Source: Macrostomum lignano (lineage: Eukaryota). From it: a DNA stretch of 64,000 bases. The position numbers were made by a program, and so were the translations under genes. The stretch is taken from positions 310,001-374,000 of the forward strand of contig NIVC01000441.1 in NCBI GenBank assembly GCA_002269645.1. Reading direction: 5' to 3'. Below, piece by piece: positions 57,339 to 64,000 of the stretch. Position 1 is the stretch's first letter; every line of letters begins with the position of its first letter. The notes under the pieces are model-generated. The model was not told the origin of the DNA. It saw nothing but the letters and a program-made list of their open reading frames with translations, and searched no databases.

Positions 57339-57992
57339 GATGGTATCTCTGGATCCCACACCCCATCGGATGGTATCTCTGGATCCCACACCCAATCGGA
57401 TGGTATCTCTAGATCCCACACCCAATCAAATGGTATCTCTGTATGCCACACCCAATCGGATGGTATATCTGGATCCCACACCCAATCGGATGGTATCTCT
57501 AGATCCCACACCCAATCAGATGGTATCTCTGTATGCCACACCCAATCGGATGGTATATCTGGATCCCACACCCAATCGGATGGTATCTCTGGATGCCAAA
57601 ACCAATCGGATGGTATCTCTGGATCCCACACCCAATCAGATGGTATCTCTGTATGCCACACCCAATCGGATGGTATCTCTGGATCCCACACCCAATCAGA
57701 TGGTATCTCTAGATCCCACACCCAATCAGATGGTATCTCTGTATGCCACACCCAATAGGATGGTATATCTGGATCCCACACCCAATCGGATGGTATCTCT
57801 GGATGCCAAAACCAATCAGATGGTATCTCTGGATCCCACACCCAATCGGATGGTATCTCTGGATGCCACACCCAATCGGATGGTATCTCTGGATCCCACA
57901 CCCAATCAGATGGTATTTCTGTATGCCACACCCAATCGGATGGTATATCTGGATCCCACACCCAATCGGATGGTATCTCTGGATGCCACACC
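57339..57992. repeat. 30-bp minisatellite (~22 units)
   Basis: Unit TGGTATCTCTGGATCCCACACCCAATCGGA. Confidence 0.95.
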
Positions 57993-58082
57993 CCATTTTA
58001 AACGATATATATACTCAAAAAATCATAACTGATCCCCATACGTAAGCAATGCATTTCGTCTAACCTAAATTAAAAAATCCAG

Positions 58083-58304
58083 TGTCGTCGGCCTGTTGCT
58101 AAGCGCCTGCGCTTTTGTCTGCCTGCCAGCCCTGCTTGGCTACCTGCTGCACTCGGGCGCTGGCGAAGCTGCTGGGTCTCACAGTAACGGCTGGTGGCTG
58201 GGCCGCCTTCTGGCTAATCTGATTGGCTACGGGTCTGTGCTGCTGCCTCTGGGCGGCGTTGTGCAACTGGCTCAGGTGTGGGATTACGAAAGTCGCGGGC
58301 CAAG
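58083..58304 (+). CDS. SLC35B2: SLC35B2 (PAPS transporter 1) exon; start codon lies in an unidentified upstream exon
   Basis: Acceptor CCAG|; WWLGRLLANLIGYGSVLLP resembles human LWFFRFVVNAAGYASFMVP; donor AAG|GTGAGT. Confidence 0.8.
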
Positions 58305-58419
58305 GTGAGTTTGATGAATCTGGATATTTTGCTGTTCATTTTTGTCTGATATTTAGTACTTTGATTATCGGGATAAAGTTTCAGCTCAAAATGAATTATC
58401 GGGATATTAAACTACCAGG

Positions 58420-59070
58420 GATTATCGGGGTGTTAAACTGCAAGGGATTATCGGGGTATTAAACTGCAAGGGATTATCGGGGTGTTAAACTGCAAGGGAT
58501 TATCGGGTATTAAACTGCAAGGGATTATCGGGTATTAAACTGCAAGGGATTATCGGGTATTAAACTGCAAGGGATTATCGGGTATTAAACTGCAAGGGAT
58601 TATCGGGTATTAAACTGCAAGGGATTATCGGGTATTAAACTGCAAGGGATTATCGGGTATTAAACTGCAAGGGATTATCGGATATTAAACTGCAAGGGAT
58701 TATCGGGTATTAAACTGCAAGGGATTATCGGGTATTAAACTGCAAGGGATTATCAGGTATTAAACTGCAAGGGATTATCAGGTATTAAGCTGCCATGGAT
58801 TATCAGGAGTATAAGGCTACTGTTGATTATCAGGAGTATTAGGCCTCTGTTGATTATCAGGAGTATTAGACTACTATTGATTATCAGGAGTATTAGGCTA
58901 CTGTTGATTATCAGGAGTATTAGGCTACTGTTGATTATCAGGAGTATAAGGCTACTGTTGATTATCAGGAGTATTAGGCTACTGATGATAATCAGGAGTA
59001 TTAGGCTACTGTTGATTATCAGGAGTATTAGGCTACTGATGATTATCAGGAGTATTAGGCTACTGATGAT
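58420..59070. repeat. Intronic 25-bp array grading into a 27-bp array
   Basis: TAAACTGCAAGGGATTATCGGGTAT, then TTGATTATCAGGAGTATTAGGCTACTG. Confidence 0.92.
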
Positions 59071-59307
59071 AATCGGTGGTAGAATGGGTGATAATTGGGG
59101 AAAAATAACTAGCCACTTGGTTATTAATTATATTTAAGATTATTAAACTAGTGATTAAAGGGAATAATAGTCTACTGGTGATTATTGTGAATAATAATGA
59201 CAGACTGTCAGAGATTAGTCAGTCTAAATTATCTATACTAAGGATTAAGGCGGTTCGGGTCAATCATACAGCTGTATTTAGTAGGCACATTTTTTCCACG
59301 TTTGCAG

Positions 59308-59506
59308 GCGCAGTCAGCAGGGCTGCGCCGGCGGCTGCCTGGCCTGGCTAATCCGCCTGCTGTCAGTGGGCGCCGAGCCCCAGTCCGATTTGGAGGCCGA
59401 GCTGGGCAAAGCCGCTGCCGAGCGGAAGCCTGAGCCGGCGGCTCAACAGCAGCCGCACAGCCGGCAGTGGTACGCCAGCCTAGCCGCCTGCGCTCTTGGC
59501 CTGCAG
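59308..59506 (+). CDS. SLC35B2: SLC35B2 exon
   Basis: TTTGCAG| acceptor, phase-consistent; ends LAACALGLQ|GTTAGT (human LFCATGLQ). Confidence 0.85.
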
Positions 59507-59639
59507 GTTAGTAACTCCTGCCTGATTATTGCACTCCAATATGCTCATGTTTTTCTATGGTCACAGTCGTACCCTTTGTCATCGGTAAGCTTTTCACGAT
59601 TCACTGTCCTTACTATTACGCATCCCATTTTCACGAATT

Positions 59640-60381
59640 CCGGATTCACAGTTCTCACTGTCTATCACAGATCCCAAATTCACAGTCCCCATTGTGAGTC
59701 ACAGATCCCGAATTCACATTCCCCCCAATGTCAGTTACAGATCCCACATTCACAGTCCCCATTGTCAGTCACAGATTCCACATTCACAGTCCCCACTGTC
59801 AGTGACAGATGCCAAATTCACAGTCCCCATTGTCAGTCACAGATCCCAAATTCACAGTCCCCACTGTCAGTCACAGATCCCAAATTCACAGTCCCCACTG
59901 TCAGTCACAGATCCCAAATTCACAGTCCCCATTGTCAGTCACAGATCCCAAATTCACAGTCCCCACTGTCAGTGACAGATCCCGAATTCACAGTCCCCAC
60001 TATCAGTCACAGATTCCACATTCACAGTCCCCACTGTCAGTCACAGATCACAAATTTACAGTCCCCATTGTCAGTCATAGATCCCAAATTCGCAGTCCCC
60101 ACTGTCAGTCACAGATTCCACATTCACAGTCCCCACTGTCAGTCACAGATCCCAAATTCACAGTCCCCACTGTCAGTCACATATCCCAAATTCACAGTCC
60201 CTACTGTCAGTCACAGATCCCAAATTCACAGTCCCCACTGTCAGTCACAGATCCCAAATTCACAGTCCCCACTGTCAGTCACAGAACCCAAATTCACAGT
60301 CCCCACTGTCAGTCACAGATCCCAAATTCACAGTCCCCACTGTCAGTCACAGATCCCAAATTCACAGTCCCCACTGTCAGT
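59640..60381. repeat. Intronic 34-bp minisatellite
   Basis: Unit CACAGATCCCAAATTCACAGTCCCCACTGTCAGT. Confidence 0.95.
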
Positions 60382-60421
60382 AGCGCCTGAAACTACATGA
60401 ATTGCTGCCCCAACCCGCCAG

Positions 60422-60791
60422 GCCGCCTATCTAACCTGGGGCGTGCTTCAAGAGCGCATGGTCACAGCAGACTACGGTCATGGTGAACGCTTCCGTGACT
60501 CGCAGTTCCTGGTGTTCGCCAACCGGTTGCTTTCCGGCCTGCTGGCTGTGGTGGCGCTCCGCCTTATCAGCCGGACGCCGCATCGGGCGCCAGCCTTTGA
60601 GTACACTTGGAGCTCTCTATCTAACGTGCTCAGCTCCTGGTGCCAGTACGAGGCCCTGCTCTACGTTAGCTTTCCAACCCAGGTGTTGGCCAAGGCTTGC
60701 AAAATTATACCAGTGATGCTGATGGGAAAACTGGTGTCAAGGAAGTCATATCGATGGGACGAATATGCTACCGCCGCCCTAATTAGCGCAG
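60422..60791 (+). CDS. SLC35B2: SLC35B2 exon
   Basis: [13 protein letters not shown]...[12 protein letters not shown]...[40 protein letters not shown]. Confidence 0.95.
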
Positions 60792-60879
60792 GTCTGCGAC
60801 TGCCGCTTATTTATGAGTACCTCATGGGTTCAGTAGGGAACTTGTGCCGTAATAGACACCCTAATCTCCAAAAAAATCC

Positions 60880-61180
60880 TCATTATGACCCAATCCAAAT
60901 CCTCAATATGACACAATTAAAATCCTCATTATGACACAATCCAAATCCTCATTATGACACAATTAAAATCCTCATTATGACCCCAATCAAAATCCTCATT
61001 ATGACCCCCTTTAAAATCTTCATTATGACCCCCTTTAAAATCCTCATTATGAAACAATCCAAATCCTCATTATGACCCCTAATCAAAATATCCATAATGA
61101 CCCCCCAATTTAAATCCTCATTATGACCCCCAATCAAAATATCCATAATGACACCCCAATCCAAATCATCGTTATGACTA
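60880..61180. repeat. Intronic degenerate ~22-bp minisatellite
   Basis: Core AAATCCTCATTATGAC repeated. Confidence 0.85.
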
Positions 61181-61191
61181 TATCCCCGCAG

Positions 61192-61736
61192 GCACCAGCA
61201 CATTTCTACTCGCCTCCGAATCGGATGAGCACGCAACGTCGGCCGCGGCCACGACGCTCAGCGGCGCCGCCCTCCTAGCCGGCTACATGGCCTTCGACGC
61301 ATTCACCAGCACCTGGCAGAGTGTGCTGTTCACCCGCCACGGCGTCACCACCCTGCAGATGATGGCTGGCACCAGCGTGCTGTCCTGCGTGCTCACGGTG
61401 GCCGCCCAGCTTGAGCAGGGCTCCCTGCCTGCGGCTGTAGCGTTCGCTTGTCGGCATCCGCAGTTCCTCATGCATCTGGGCCTGTTGTCAGTGTGCTCCA
61501 CAATTGGCCAGCTGGTCATCTTCCAGACCATCGCCAGGTTCGGCTCGGTCACTTTTATCATCATTATGACCGTCAGGCAGGCTTTCGCCATCCTGCTGTC
61601 CTGCCTCATCTACCAGCATCGGGTGCCGCCGCTTGGCTACCTGGGCGTTGCCGTTGTTTTTCTGGCTCTGTTTCTTAGAATCTACCTGGGCCAGCGAATG
61701 CGACAGCAGCCCAGGACTGGCCGACCTTCTGGTTGA
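61192..61736 (+). CDS. SLC35B2: SLC35B2 last coding exon
   Basis: CCGCAG| acceptor in phase 1; LLAGYMAFDAFTSTWQ...GQLVIFQTIARFGSVTFIIIMTVRQAFAILLSCLIY; stop at 61734-61736. Confidence 0.95.
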
Positions 61737-61814
61737 GATGTTGCTTTAGGGGTCAGAGAGTGGCGATTGTTGTCTGAAGTTTACCGCGTGACCATATTTA
61801 AGCCCTCCGATTCG

Positions 61815-62630
61815 AATTGTTGGGATTCGAGTGACTAATTGTGGGGATTCGAGTGGCTAATTGTGGGGATTCGAGTGGCTAATTGTGAGGATTCGAGTGG
61901 CTAATTGTGGGGATTCGAGTGGCTAATTGTGGGGATTCGAGTGGCTAATTGTTGGGATTCGAGTGGCTAATCTTTGGGATTCGAGTGACTAATTGTGGGG
62001 ATTCGAGTGGCTAATTGTGGGGATTCGAGTGGCTAATTGTGGGGATTCGAGTGGCTAATTGTTGGGATTCGAGTGGCTAATCTTTGGGATTCGAGTGAAT
62101 AATTGTGGGGATTCGAGTGGCTAATCTTTGGGATTCGAGTGGCTAATTGTGAGGATTCGAGTGGCTAATTGTGAGGATTCGAGTGGCTAATTGTGGGGAT
62201 TCGAGTGGCTAATTGTTGGAATTCGAGTGGCTAATCTTTGGGATTTGAGTGGCTAATCTTTGGGATTTGAGTGGCTAATCTTTGGGATTTGAGTGGCTAA
62301 TCTTTGGGATTTGAGTGGCTAATTGTTGGGATTCGAGTAGCTAATTGTTAGGATTCGAGTGACTAATTGTTGGAATTCGAGTGGCTAATCTTGGTGATTC
62401 GAGTGGCTAATTGTTGGGATTCGAGTGGCTAATCTTTGGGATTCGAGTGACTAATTGTTGGAATTCGAGTGGCTAATCTTGGGGATTCGAGTGGCTAATT
62501 GTTGGGATTCGAGTGACTAATCTTAAGGATTCGAGTGGCTAATTGTGAGGATTCGAGTGACTAATTGTTGGGATTCGAGTGGCTAATTGTGAGGATTCGA
62601 GTGGCTAATTGTGGGAATTCGAGTTGCTAA
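61815..62630. repeat. ~22-bp minisatellite downstream of SLC35B2
   Basis: Unit GGGATTCGAGTGGCTAATTGTG. Confidence 0.95.
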
Positions 62631-63064
62631 CCGTTCCTTATTAACTGACATTTCAATAACTATTTTGAATGTTCTGGCATTTCTATGCTAAAAATCTAAA
62701 TATTTTCATTATTAATTATTACACGCATTAATCATTATAGATGCTTTTTGAATTGCCGCGCAAATTGTATTTCGCTTTAATGTGCTGTGCGTGTGTGTGC
62801 CGAGCTGTCTTTCCCGTGAAAGTCAAAGTGGTAATAACTTACCAGCAAGTTTAATTACATTTATAGTTCTCATTTTGTTACAGTAACACACAGTAACAGT
62901 TCAGCTCTGTTTGTTCCCGCGTGTTCGACCAATCAAAGTTTATTTGTTTTATTTTGTTATTTTTAAGTATTCGAATCTGCGCCCTCTGTGCTGTGCGATG
63001 AATTAATTGTTTTTAGCTAAATTTATAAATGATGCTACTCTTGCTGATTATTGTATTTTAAATA

Positions 63065-64000
63065 GAGTGAGTAGGGTGAATGGGGAGAGTGAGGGTGAAT
63101 GGGGCAGAGTGAGGCTGAATGGGGGAGAGTAAGGGTGAATCGGGGAGAGTGAGGGTGAATGGGGGTGAGTGAGGGTGAATTTGGAGAGTGAGGGTGAATG
63201 GGGGAGAGTGAAGGTGAATTGGAGAGAGTGAAGGTGAATTGGAGAGAGTGAAGGTGAATTGGAGAGAGTGAAGGTGAATTGGAGAGAGTGAGGGTGAATG
63301 GGGGAGAGTGAGGGTGAATGGGGGAGAGTGAGGGTGAATGGGGGAGAGAGGGTGAATCGGGGAGAGTGGGGGTGAATGGGGAGAGTGAGGGTGAATGGGG
63401 GAGAGTGAGGGTGAATGGGGGAGAGCGAGGGTGAATGGGGGAGAGTGAGGGTGAATCGGGGAGAGTGAGGGTGAATGGGGGAGAGTGAGGGTGAATGGGG
63501 GAGAGTGAGGGCGAATGGGGGAGAGTGAGGGTGAATGGGGGAGAGTGAGGGTGAATGGGGGAGAGTGAGGGTGAATGGGGGAGAGTGAGGGTGAATGGGG
63601 AGAGTGAGGGTGAATGGGGGAGAGTGAGGGTGAATGGGGGAGAGTGAGGGTGAATGGGGGGAGAGTGAGGGTGAATGGGGGAGAGTGAGGCTGAATGGGG
63701 GAGAGTGAGGCTGAATGGGGGAGAGTGAGGGTGAATGGGGAGAGTGAGGGTGAATGGGGAGAGTGAGGCTGAATGGGGGAGAGTGAGGGTGAATGGGGGA
63801 GAGTGAGGGTGAATGGGGAGAGTGAGGGTGAATGGGGGAGAGCGAGGGTGAATGGGGGAGAGCGAGGGTGAATGGAGGAGAGTGAGGGTGAATGGGGGAG
63901 AGTGAGGGTGAATGGGGAGAGTGAGGGTGAATGGGGGAGAGTGAGGGTGAATGGGGGAGAGTGAGGGTGAATGGGGGAGAGTGAGGGTGAATGGGGGAGA
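63065..64000. repeat. G-rich ~20-21-bp minisatellite running off the window
   Basis: Unit GAGAGTGAGGGTGAATGGGG(G). Confidence 0.95.

Noticed and set aside
55069-60400. Repetitive ORFs (NKHQFGPTSI, SLDPTPN, IIRSIRLL, SQIPNSQSPL)
   Set aside because: Translations of minisatellites, most of them intronic or TE-internal.

Overview
Eukaryotic (invertebrate animal-like) genomic window with GC-rich exons and AT-rich, repeat-filled introns. The host species cannot be determined from the sequence alone. Two host genes are supported: STK19 (minus strand, left edge, incomplete) and SLC35B2/PAPST1 (plus strand, about 58.1-61.7 kb). Between them lie: (1) a ~12 kb 77/74-bp satellite with a 7-monomer higher-order period; (2) an internally deleted Gypsy LTR retrotransposon (minus strand, 18982-25955) that carries, between pol and the polypurine tract, a J-domain (DnaJ) ORF overlapping (ATGA) an intact ORF encoding a TatD-like domain that lacks most metal ligands, with a solo LTR nested in its 3' LTR; (3) a structurally complete 17.5-kb Maverick/Polinton (26229-43761) with 374-bp TIRs, a 6-bp TSD (TGCGAG), pPolB, rve integrase with a PLA2-like N-terminus, major and minor capsid proteins, packaging ATPase, cysteine protease, an HNH endonuclease and a fiber-like protein with two putative glycan-binding domains; (4) LINE and MITE remnants and many minisatellites. 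The most unusual observations are the DnaJ + pseudo-TatD cargo of the Gypsy element, a family of GC-rich tri-loop mini-hairpin modules scattered through the Maverick (at gene ends and in-frame inside pPolB), and fold-back architecture inside each Maverick TIR. No rRNA, tRNA or CRISPR array is supported. All protein calls come from motif recognition by eye, not database searches.
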